From: Tubiluchus corallicola
Taxonomy: Eukaryota; Animalia; Priapulida
Length of the DNA stretch: 14,612 bases
Reading direction: 5' to 3'
Assembly: GCA_030141605.1 (NCBI GenBank)
Contig: JAQGDQ010001411.1
Coordinates: 27,521-42,132 of the forward strand
Below are positions 1 to 9,308 of this stretch, piece by piece. A program made the translations under genes and the position numbers. Numbering within the stretch: the stretch's first letter is position 1; the number at the start of each line of letters is the position of its first letter. Below the pieces are notes generated by a model. It had not been told where the DNA came from. It worked only from the letters and a program-made list of their open reading frames with translations, and ran no database searches.

Positions 1-724
1 GAGAGAGAGAGAGAGAAAGGGGTGGAGAAAGACGCTACGGTCACCGAGCATTCACCACTCACTCATAGCATTATATATATATATATCACAGTGCTGATTG
101 AATACGTTAAATTTAAGCAAAATTAATATTAATAAATTACATATATAAAAAATCAGCAACATAATCATGTAGGGAAAAGTAGTTACGTCAATCAGCATTC
201 ATAACTGTAAGCAGAAAATAGTTCATATTGTAAGAAATAAAACATATATATGCATATACATACGTACACATACATTCATATACACACACACATACAAGAT
301 GCACATATGAAAGGAACAAACCTGGGCGAATTTGCAAATGGACTCACCTTGAATTCGCAAACAACAAACTGAATAATAATAATAAGCTTATTATGCAGCG
401 TAACCTCACAAACTGCAAGACAAAAAAGTGCTCACGTCAGAATTCCTGATTCATGCTGACGCTTGTAAACAGTTTCTCACAAAAACTGCCGACCAGGTAG
501 AAAGGTGTGTTTACCTGTACGAACTGGTAGCGATAAGGCGTGCCCCGGGAACCGGCTGCAACAGCATTACAACATACGTCGCTACTACGCACGCACAAAC
601 AATGTGGAGAAAGTTCAATTCACATATCAGCTACTCAGTGAAAATCCGGTAGTGAATGATACGATTTTCGATTCCGAGCGGCACCTAGCGGCGATGATTT
701 AACGTGGTTTACACCTTCACGCAC

Positions 725-748
725 ATATATATATATATATATATATAT
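725..748. repeat. (AT)n microsatellite; other short simple repeats are (GA)n at 1-17, (TA)n at 72-86 and TACA/CA-rich 243-296
   Basis: Read directly. Confidence 0.9.
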
Positions 749-986
749 AAATATGCCATTATTTGTCATTAAAATGGTTCACTCATTATAATAAAATTGA
801 GTAAGCCTCAGCGTAATGTTAAAAACAACACTGTTCAAGACAAATGCGTCCAGTGCAGACTAAAAAAACTGAAGTGCAAAACTAAGGTCTAATTATATAC
901 AATAAATGAACATATTTGCAAACACCATATTAAAATATTTTTACAAAACAATATTACAAAAGTATATTAAATTTTACATGACATAT

Positions 987-1124
987 TTTACACTATATAT
1001 ACATTTGACATGACACAATTAACAGAAACATGCTTTACATTACATAAATTTCACTCATTACATTTACACTATTTATACATTTGACATTACAAAACTAACA
1101 TAACACATATTACATTACATAATT
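987..1124. repeat. Imperfect direct duplication, period 76 bp, AT-rich
   Basis: TTTACACTATATATACATTTGACATGACA at 987 recurs as TTTACACTATTTATACATTTGACATTACA at 1063; both copies end in TTACATTACATAA. Confidence 0.65.
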
Positions 1125-1162
1125 CTTTTAAAAAAAATTTCATTTTTAATCGTTATATGGAG

Positions 1163-1655
1163 TCAGGGGCGGGGGTAGATGAAAGTTGAGTCTGTGTAAT
1201 TAGTATCAGATGCACAATGTGGAAGTTGAAACCTGTTATACTGATATTCTTTTAATTTCTTTTTAAAGTGGTGGAGAGATTCTATTTGTTTTATTTCACT
1301 GGGTGGTAAGTTCCATAAATGTATGGCCTGTTTTGATATAGAGTTATTTCCAAATTTATTGTTTATTGTAATTTGCTTTAAATTGTGTGTTCTATTGTTT
1401 AAAGTGGTATCAGGAATGAATGCTAAGGGATTGTTTATAAATGGAATGCTCAGTTTATTGATATATTTATAAACAAATATCAGTGTTTTGTAATAATTTT
1501 AGGCGTGAAAAAGAGACTAGGATGTGAGCCAAATGAGCAGGTGGATCTAGTAGTCGTTTTTTTAAAAAATCCCACGGCCTGTGTAACTTTTTGAAAAAAA
1601 ATCGATGGATTAATGATTTAAACTCAGATAAATGGTTTATTTGCGTGCACACTTA
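1163..1655 (-). mobile_element. Decayed non-LTR retrotransposon (CR1/L2/Crack-like) ORF2 C-terminal fragment
   Basis: Manual translation gives ...AHILVSFSRLKLLQNTDI, a frameshift, then FVYKYINKL...NKFGNNSISKQAIHLWNLPPSEIKQIESLHHFKKKLKEY...* with TGA at 1165-1163. LWNxLPxxIKxxxSLxxFKxxLK is the typical ORF2 C-terminus of CR1/L2-group LINEs. Confidence 0.8.
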
Positions 1656-1670
1656 TCATTTTACATCGAT

Positions 1671-2217
1671 ATAATATAGTATAATATAATGTAATGTAAT
1701 GTAATGTAATGTAATGTAATGTAATGTAATGTAATGTAATATATTATATTAAATAATATAATATAATATAATATAATATAATATAATATAATATAATATA
1801 ATATAATATAATATAATATAATATAATATAATATAATATAATATAATATAATATAATATAATATAATATAATATAATATAATATAATATAATATAATATA
1901 ATATAATATAATATAATATAATATAATATAATATAACATAACATAACATAACATAACATAACATAACATAACATAACATAACATAACATAACATAACATA
2001 ACATAACATAACATAACATAACATAACATAACATAACATAACATAACATAACATAACATAACATAACATAACATAACATAACATAACATAACATAACATA
2101 ACATAACATAACATAACATAACACAACACAACACAACACAACACAACACAACACAACACAACACAACACAACACAACACAACACAACACAACACAACACA
2201 ACACAACACAATACAAT
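1671..2217. repeat. Compound pentanucleotide microsatellite (GTAAT)10-(ATAAT)36-(ATAAC)38-(ACAAC)17-(ACAAT)2
   Basis: Read directly: blocks at 1691-1740, 1753-1932, 1933-2122, 2123-2207 and 2208-2217. Confidence 0.98.
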
Positions 2218-2479
2218 AGTAAATTATTCACCAAACTCACTTGTATATCAAATACACTTGCAAATTGTGCAGCTTCTGGAACGTAATAACGACTATTGGT
2301 TGAAATTTACCAGAGATATTTTGCAGGATTATCACATATTTATGAGGCTCAATGTTCAGAGTCCAGTAGGCCCAAAAAATATACTAATTTCTGAAATCAA
2401 AACTTCAAAATAACTATGCAAATTACTGGAAGAAAAATGTCACCAAACAAACTGGTAAAAATTTTAACGAAAAGAACTT

Positions 2480-3070
2480 TTAACAAGTCACGGACCAACT
2501 CCGATGTAAGAAAAACGAGCTCGTAGAAGAACAAAACTTATTGTTAATAAAAAACCTCGTTAAGCCGGCGTACTTTACAAAGTTGTATATTACCTCACAC
2601 AACCTGCTTATTGAAAAAGGACGATATACAAAACCTAAAATTTCTCTTAACAGACTATGTCATTTTTGTAATGACCAATAATTGATTTTATATTTACCGA
2701 ATACACAAAGCATGTAATTCTTGAATGTAACTATTGTAATGATTGAAAGCACAACTTGTGCTGTCATATCAATGGAATTTTCCCAAACTTTGTCAATCTC
2801 ACTTTACAGAAAAAAATTCATATTTCCGATGAAAGGAATTGGTCGCAAACTTGGAAATTTAGTTTCAAATTATATTACAGGATGTAATGAAAGAAGGAAA
2901 ATAAAAGGTTAATTACACAAATTCAGCCAATAGCATTCCGATAGCATACCAATTCAATCCTAATTATATTATTTTTGTAAACGTGTAAATATATAAATTG
3001 TTTAACCTCTAGTGATTTTACTGTTTCGCTATGATGATTATTATGCCCAAGTGTTAGGATGCCTTTATTA
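2480..3070 (+). mobile_element. Decayed LINE (RTE-X/CR1-group-like) ORF2 C-terminus and 3' UTR
   Basis: Manual translation gives EEQNLLLIKNLVKPAYFTKLYITSHNLLIEKGRYTKPKISLNRLCHFCNDQ* (stop 2679-2681), then FPNFVNL / KKFIFPM...VSNYITGCNERR (to 2912). This matches the TKLRxSxHxLxIExGRY...RxCxxC zinc-knuckle region of LINE ORF2. Stops and frameshifts are present; the 5' boundary is approximate. Confidence 0.78.
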
Positions 3071-3434
3071 TACGTTATGTTCTGTTACGTTACACTACGT
3101 TATGTTATGTTATGCTATGCTATGCTACGCTATGCTATGTTATGTCATGTCATGTCATGTAATAGTATGTTATGTTATGTTACGTTATGTCATGTCATGT
3201 CATGTCATGTCATGTCATGTCATGTCATGTCACGTCACGTTACATTACGTTATGTCATGTCATGTTATAGTATGTTATGTTATGTTATGTTATGTTATGT
3301 TATGTTATGTTATGTTATGTTATGTTATGTTATGTTATGTTATGTTATGTTATGTTATGTTATGTTATGTTATGTTATGTTATGTTATGTTATGTTATGT
3401 TATGTTATGTTATGTTATGTTATGTTACACTACA
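3070..3434. repeat. Compound pentanucleotide microsatellite TATGT/CATGT/TACGT/TATGC
   Basis: Mixed units from 3070 to 3270, then pure (TATGT)31 at 3271-3425. Confidence 0.97.
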
Positions 3435-3438
3435 TTAA

Positions 3439-3667
3439 CTCAGAAAAACGTAATGCCCTTTATAGTCTCAAAGATTATAATATTTATTTAGCAGGTTTTG
3501 CCCTAGCATCATCAGCTGAATAGAAAGTAACTTGACCTGGTAACTATAAACAAAGCACTCTCAAGTTACCAGCACTTTTTATTCAGCTAATGTGGCCCGC
3601 AAAGGCGAAAGCTACTGAATAAATATTATAATCTTTCAGACTATAAAGGGCATTAGGTTTTTCTCTG
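3439..3667. mobile_element. 229-bp foldback MITE flanked by TTAA (piggyBac-like target site)
   Basis: Left arm CTCAGAAAAACGTAATGCCCTTTATAGTCTCAAAGATTATAATATTTATT; reverse complement of right arm CAGAGAAAAACCTAATGCCCTTTATAGTCTGAAAGATTATAATATTTATT. Pairing continues for about 90-100 bp. TTAA lies at 3435-3438 and 3668-3671. Confidence 0.85.
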
Positions 3668-3700
3668 TTAACGATGACAAGTCTCAAGAGAGCTCTTTCG

Positions 3701-3770
3701 TATTACATTACGTTACGTTGCGTTACGTTACGTTACGTTACGTTACGTTGTGTTATGTTATGTTATATTA
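3701..3770. repeat. (CGTTA/TGTTA)n microsatellite, likely a continuation of the 3070-3434 array
   Basis: Read directly; same pentamer family and orientation as the upstream array. Confidence 0.9.
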
Positions 3771-3889
3771 AGTTAGGCTGGTGTAACGCGTGTGGTTCTC
3801 TATGCACATGTTGTATATTTTGTTGTATTATCCATCAAAATCTTATTAAAAACACATTTGTAAAAACACAGCTTCTATGTATTTATGAA

Positions 3890-4120
3890 AAACCGAGTAA
3901 CAATGGCAATGAGAGAGATAAGTAAAAAGTGGGCAATGCGTAATGAAAGCAGTAAAAAAGTGTGCAACGAAAAAGTTTGCAGTAAGAAAAGAGGGCTCTG
4001 GGAAAAGTTGACAGTGAGGAGAGTAGACAGTGAGAAAACTGGTAAGTGAAAAATTTGGCATTGAGAAAAGTGAACAGTGAAAATACTGACAGTGAGAAAG
4101 TAGGCAATGAAAAGTATAAG
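3890..4120. repeat. Degenerate purine-rich minisatellite, about 16-bp unit (ACAGTGAGAAAAGTRG-like)
   Basis: GACAGTGAGRA, GCAATGAAA and GCATTGAGAAA cores recur at roughly 15-17 bp spacing. Confidence 0.6.
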
Positions 4121-4516
4121 CACAAGAGTATCTCACTCACTGATATCATATGTAGCCATATTTCACTGTACTTTTGCTTGAAACATGTTTGCATTAAAAA
4201 TTTAAATAAATATTTTTATCAAACTGATGTCAGTGCTTTACACTGAATCAGCACAGCAACTTTTTCTCTTTCCATTGTTAAGGTTTCCTCCATTAAACCA
4301 GTTCTCGTCGTGGCAGCGTTTGGTTTATGCTTATCTGTCTGCAATACATTGCCCTGTATTAAACATGAGCTGTGGTTATCAAATAGTTGCCCTTTTCATC
4401 AACATTCATTTTCGTTAAGTATTTGCTTATTTGTATCATTTGTACATAGAAAATGTTTAATCTTTGTAAGGTTTGAATGTTAGCTAAATAAGAATGCAAG
4501 TAAGTAGATAAGTGTT

Positions 4517-4522
4517 TTTATT
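4517..4522 (-). promoter_or_regulatory. Candidate polyadenylation signal AATAAA for the integrin gene
   Basis: First canonical AATAAA I found on the minus strand downstream of the stop (about 820 nt). A variant ATTAAA lies at 5156-5151. Weak evidence in AT-rich DNA. Confidence 0.3.
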
Positions 4523-4615
4523 TCAAAACACAAGGTTCATGAAACATATTTACAGTAAGAAATTAAAACTGGCAAAAATTAATAAGATTAAATTAATAAA
4601 ATTAATAAGTTAGAA

Positions 4616-5098
4616 CAGGGGTGTGCAAATTATCTGACTAGCCGGGCCACATTAAACTTTCCCGCAATTCCTGCGGGCCACAGGCAGTTTGATCAAGGAG
4701 CCAAGTACAGAAAGGCCTAATAATGATTTTTTTTGCATCCGACCTGCGTACATCATTACTACTACACTCAAGAAACTATTTTAGAAGTTATTAAAATTTA
4801 TATTACAAACCATATATTTCTACTTTCACGACAGATAGTGGTAATTTCATTACAATGCATATTAGTAATGTGTATCACACAGTCTGTGTAGTACAGTGAC
4901 ATTAAGCTACAACCGTCTTGTAAGGGTTAATGGCATCGGATCTAGTAGAAAAAACTACCCGCACTATCTTTGGGATCGTGGCACAGACTTCAGCTGGATA
5001 CACTCAACTAATCGCCCGGGCCGCACTTTCATTAGGTTGACAAATCTCTTCGCGGGCCGCGCAAATTCTCTCGGCGGGCCGCAACTTGTACACACCTG
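4616..5098. mobile_element. 483-bp non-autonomous hAT (Charlie-like) element
   Basis: TIRs CAGGGGTGTGCAAATT and (reverse complement) CAGGTGTGTACAAGTT match 13/16. Perfect 8-bp TSD AGTTAGAA at 4608-4615 and 5099-5106. Five subterminal CGGGCC motifs. Confidence 0.92.
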
Positions 5099-5341
5099 AG
5101 TTAGAATGTTGATCGCCAAAACTTGGATATTTTAGATGTAACCTGGGTATTTTAATTCATTAAATAGTAAATAATATTATCAGAATAAATCAATGACGTC
5201 ACAAGTGAATAAAGACATTTTCGAATATAACATAAAAATAAGGAATATTTCGATCTACACACATCTGTCGAGCACTACAATCAAACAATAACTTAGAAAG
5301 AGATTTGTAATACAATGAAAGCATTAGAAATAGTCACTTGT

Positions 5342-7909
5342 CTATGCCTCACTTCTTTCTTGCTCTAGCGTCTCTGGTTGAAACTCATCATGCCCCTTCA
5401 GTTTTTCCATTTCTTCTTTCTGCTTACGTTTGAAAAATCCCACTTTTACCAGAACAGCGATCAACACAACAAGAAGCAGCATTCCAGCAAAAATGGCGAC
5501 GATAACAATCCAGGCAGCAACTTTCTTTGCTTCCATTGTTAAGATTTCTTTCGTTAAACCAGTACTCGCCGTGGCATCGTCTGGTTCATGCTTATCTGGC
5601 TGTACCACATTGCCCAGTATTAAAACATGAGCTGTTGTTATCAAAGAACTGCCTGTTTCACGGATGTCCATTGATAGCAATACCTCTTCGTTAATTCTCG
5701 CCGTGATTCGGAGAAAGAAGCTTTGACTTTCTGCAAGTGGTGGCAAGTCACATAGGAACGTAATGCAGTTTGCACTGTCACAGTCAATGTTCATTATTTT
5801 TCTTTCTTCTTGCATTTCTTGCATTGTGGAATCCGGATTTTCATGCTGCGCCCCTACTGACTTCTCCCTTAATGCTTCAACTTTACCATAGAGAGTAGAA
5901 TTTTGAGTTGATTGCTTTACCTTTGGTGTTTTGTACAGCACGTCCGTTGCATTACACGTGATGTGTGCATCTTTGTTACCTTCAAAATCCATAAACTGGA
6001 CTAGTTTTTTCCCATCCTTAGTAGAGTTGGGCCATTTCATTATTAAATTAGACCTTTCTATAGTGCTTGGACCTATATTGAAGACTTCATATGTATGACT
6101 GATTTCTCTTGAGTAACCATCAAGACCAGGTGGAATATTTTGTTCTCTTTCTGTCGAGTTGTAGATGAGCTGTTCAGGTGCTGACGACGTTCTAACCATC
6201 ACATCAGCAATGTACTGCACAGGTAGAGAAAAATCTTTAATGTTACTTCCTAGTTTTAGATTGTCACTGGTTGTTGTTGCTTCTGCCCGTACCTGCAGTG
6301 TGTTTGTGACTTGTAAGCTGTCTAATTCAAGTTCAAATGAAAACTCAACTTTCCTGCCCGCTCTCAGAGGATTTGCTATTTCACAACGAAACTGAGAAAT
6401 TTCGTGGGACGACTCTTCGATAACGGAGCACAGTACAATAGCATCTAAATTACTTGAGGAAGCCTTAACAAATTTGGCTTCGGCTGTGTGTGTAATGTAC
6501 ACTTCCGTTTCATAGGCATGCTCTTTCCTATTTTCCACTGACACAATAAACCGAATGAATTTGTCTGTACTTGCTGTAATTTGGGGTTCCTTAAAATCAG
6601 CCATTAAAGTCAAATGCAGATCTGACGTGCACACATCATCTTCACCACAGACTTTTGCATAATTCAGTTTAAATACAGGCTTTTCTGACGACTCACTCAT
6701 AATTGGCTGAAGGGTGTTGAAAGTTTGTCTTTTTCTCCTTGCTCTAGACTGTTGCAAGTCAGATTCCAACAAAAACAGAATTGGGTTGAGAATATCTTTT
6801 GTCTGTTGTATGTGAATCATATACTTAGTGCATGCTTGGCTACTTTTAAGTATCGTCTTTGTTCCGCTGACTTGGAAATGACGAGATCCTTGATGATAGA
6901 TAAAGGCTTTTTCAACTGATCCAACCTTGTGCTGTATGGCTAAAGTGTAATTGATTCTCGCACTGGAAGGCACAAATTTACCAGTGTAATTCCAGCATAC
7001 TGTTGCTTCAGTACAAGTGACTGGTTGATTATTGTATGTGCACTGTGTCCTGTTAAGATTGATTTGAGCTGGTTTAAAAGTGATCCAAGACTGAGTATGC
7101 AATACTGGTCTTGTACGAAACAAAACTGCATTTCCAGAATCATATGCACCCACTGCAAAATCGGGGTAATTATTGCTGTCTACATCAACACTTTTTGAGA
7201 AACTCCAACCAAAACCTTTCATTGTTGGAATAATATCACTGGCAGATATTCTTTGGGAATATTCTGTCTTGATACCATCTTTATAGCCACGGTAGATATA
7301 AACAGCCCCGTTGCCTTCATCTTCCATTGGAGCTCCAATTGCAACATCGTTATAGCCATCATAATCTAAATCACCGACACTTGCTATTGCTGTCCCAAAT
7401 CGTGACCTGGCACTATTACTGCCATCCAGAACACCTGCTTCTTGCAGTGGGTCAGATGGAGCTGGTGTACCCTTGTTTTTATACACATATACTCTACCCA
7501 TGTCGATCTTAACATCTTCATGATGAAGTGGAGCACCAACTAACAGAGCATCTAAGTCTCTTGCAGCAGATGCATCTATCTTGAGTGCACACAATGCTGC
7601 TCCAAAATACTCTCCTGTCTGCTCTCCTTTTTTCTCTACGTAGACTTCAAAATTTCCAGTGTAGATAAAGATTGATCCTTCCGATGTCACCTTAGGATAT
7701 TGCGGTGCTCCTGCGACAATCATAGTCTCATTGTTTGGGAAAGGAAAGAAATTACCAGTCGTTGCAGAGTATCCAAGAAAACTATTAACAGGCATCTCGC
7801 TGATAAACAGTATAGTAGCATCACTAACATCCCTATCTTCCTCATACTCAATAGTTGAACCGGTGGAGTACCACACTCCAGGAGCTGTAAGCAGCAGCTT
7901 CTCGGAATT
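5342..7909 (-). CDS. Integrin alpha terminal coding exon 5 (855 aa: blades 3-7, thigh, calf-1/2, TM, GFFKR tail)
   Basis: Acceptor CTTTGTTTCAG|AAT. Uninterrupted frame to TAG at 5344-5342. This is the 858-aa track ORF minus its first three, intronic, codons. KVGFFKR is at 5446-5426. Confidence 0.95.
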   Translation of the reverse strand, partial: NSEKLLLTAPGVWYSTGSTIEYEEDRDVSDATILFISEMPVNSFLGYSATTGNFFPFPNNETMIVAGAPQYPKVTSEGSIFIYTGNFEVYVEKKGEQTGEYFGAALCALKIDASAARDLDALLVGAPLHHEDVKIDMGRVYVYKNKGTPAPSDPLQEAGVLDGSNSARSRFGTAIASVGDLDYDGYNDVAIGAPMEDEGNGAVYIYRGYKDGIKTEYSQRISASDIIPTMKGFGWSFSKSVDVDSNNYPDFAVGAYDSGNAVLFRTRPVLHTQSWITFKPAQINLNRTQCTYNNQPVTCTEATVCWNYTGKFVPSSARINYTLAIQHKVGSVEKAFIYHQGSRHFQVSGTKTILKSSQACTKYMIHIQQTKDILNPILFLLESDLQQSRARRKRQTFNTLQPIMSESSEKPVFKLNYAKVCGEDDVCTSDLHLTLMADFKEPQITASTDKFIRFIVSVENRKEHAYETEVYITHTAEAKFVKASSSNLDAIVLCSVIEESSHEISQFRCEIANPLRAGRKVEFSFELELDSLQVTNTLQVRAEATTTSDNLKLGSNIKDFSLPVQYIADVMVRTSSAPEQLIYNSTEREQNIPPGLDGYSREISHTYEVFNIGPSTIERSNLIMKWPNSTKDGKKLVQFMDFEGNKDAHITCNATDVLYKTPKVKQSTQNSTLYGKVEALREKSVGAQHENPDSTMQEMQEERKIMNIDCDSANCITFLCDLPPLAESQSFFLRITARINEEVLLSMDIRETGSSLITTAHVLILGNVVQPDKHEPDDATASTGLTKEILTMEAKKVAAWIVIVAIFAGMLLLVVLIAVLVKVGFFKRKQKEEMEKLKGHDEFQPETLEQERSEA

Positions 7910-9174
7910 CTGAAACAAAGTACAGTCTTTAAGTTGGGAGCCAAACGTGTAGCGGGCATAGTGACATATGGTGGCTAAATTATTGAAGCAATGTTACAGG
8001 AACAAAAAATCAAGTGTGGACTCAACTTTTCTAATTTGAAGAATACAAGGACCCCTGGATATGCCCTAAGCTGCGTGGAGTTGCGTGCAACAACTTTGTA
8101 TGAACTTTAAGACTTTGAGATCAGAGTAGATGAACAATTTTATATAGTTTTTGATACCAAAATTAGCAGGAATTTAGTCTATCGAAATTTTCGTATTATA
8201 TTCTCTAAAAGGTGAATGGCTGCAATACTTATGTTGCACATGAGGGTAATATTTAAATTATCGCTGTGTTTGCTTAACATCCGAAGTTATGCGATGCTGG
8301 GCCTAGTTGGTAAATAAATCGGTGCCTGCCAGAAAACTGTATGTGGGCGGTTTCATCAGCCACACCACCCACAACTGATTAGTTCTTTGAAGAGGATGTA
8401 ACTATTGTTAAGACACTTCTGCTTGTTCAGTGTCTTATCTTACAGTATTGTCCTTAAGAGTAAGTTAGGTTGCGGTCCCACCACCAATACCTATACCAGC
8501 AGCGAGTGCTTGATCTCTTGCTTACTTTTGGATAATGAACTGCCATCCCTGCCAGTCCATAAGTATATACTCCTAAGTAATGCTGATTTGTTAGCTGTAG
8601 TGCTGGGTTACTGAGAGGATGGAGAGCAAGAACAGAACCTAAATCATCGCCTCTGCCATCTAGTGTTAGCTCCCAACAGTAACCATTCATTAGGAATTCG
8701 TTGGTTTGTTTAGTTTTCCAGTACCATTGGTTGATCCATCGTGGAGCACACACCTATGGCAGTAATACTCTGTGAGCTTTGTATAAATTCAATTTTAAGT
8801 GTAACTATGAATTACTTGTGTTTTTGAACTAACTATCTTGATAACCAGTTGTGTATCTGTTTTCAACCAGAATGTACTTGCTGCACAGTGGAAAAACTCC
8901 GATCAGTATTGTATGTCAATCCACTTAAAATAAATTAAGTTTATATACATAATACAGAGTGTAACGTAACCTCTTGCCACTGAGGTGCAAAACGCATATA
9001 ATAGAAGAGAACAGTTTGTTGCCTCAAAGTATTTCCCAGTCAATTGAGACTCTGTTACGCAGGGCCGGCCTTAAGCATAGGCAAACTAGGCAACCGCCTA
9101 GGGCCTCACCCTCCAGGGGGCCTCACCACGAGGTAACATTTTTTTGCTTTATGCGAACATACTGCCTCCTCTCT

Positions 9175-9220
<46 letters not shown>

Positions 9221-9257
9221 CCCCCTCTCTCTCTCTCTCTCTCTCTTTCTCTTTCTT

Positions 9258-9308
<51 letters not shown>

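Noticed and set aside
1661-2240. ORFs of 155-182 aa (CCVVL/CYVML/YYIIL repeats)
   Set aside because: They are translations of a pentanucleotide microsatellite that lacks stops in all three frames on that strand.
3012-3523. ORFs of 154-159 aa (CYVML/CHVMS repeats)
   Set aside because: Same microsatellite artefact.
7910-7918. TTG start of the 858-aa ORF as a standalone intronless gene
   Set aside because: These codons are the intron 4 polypyrimidine tract and acceptor. The ORF alone lacks the signal peptide and blades 1-2, which the upstream exons supply.
5430-7959. Short antisense or alternative-frame ORFs overlapping exon 5
   Set aside because: Shadow ORFs of the integrin CDS with no recognisable motifs.
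8281-8345. Functional 5S rRNA gene
   Set aside because: Only the 3' half is recognisable and it is heavily diverged, so I treated it as a SINE head or pseudogene.
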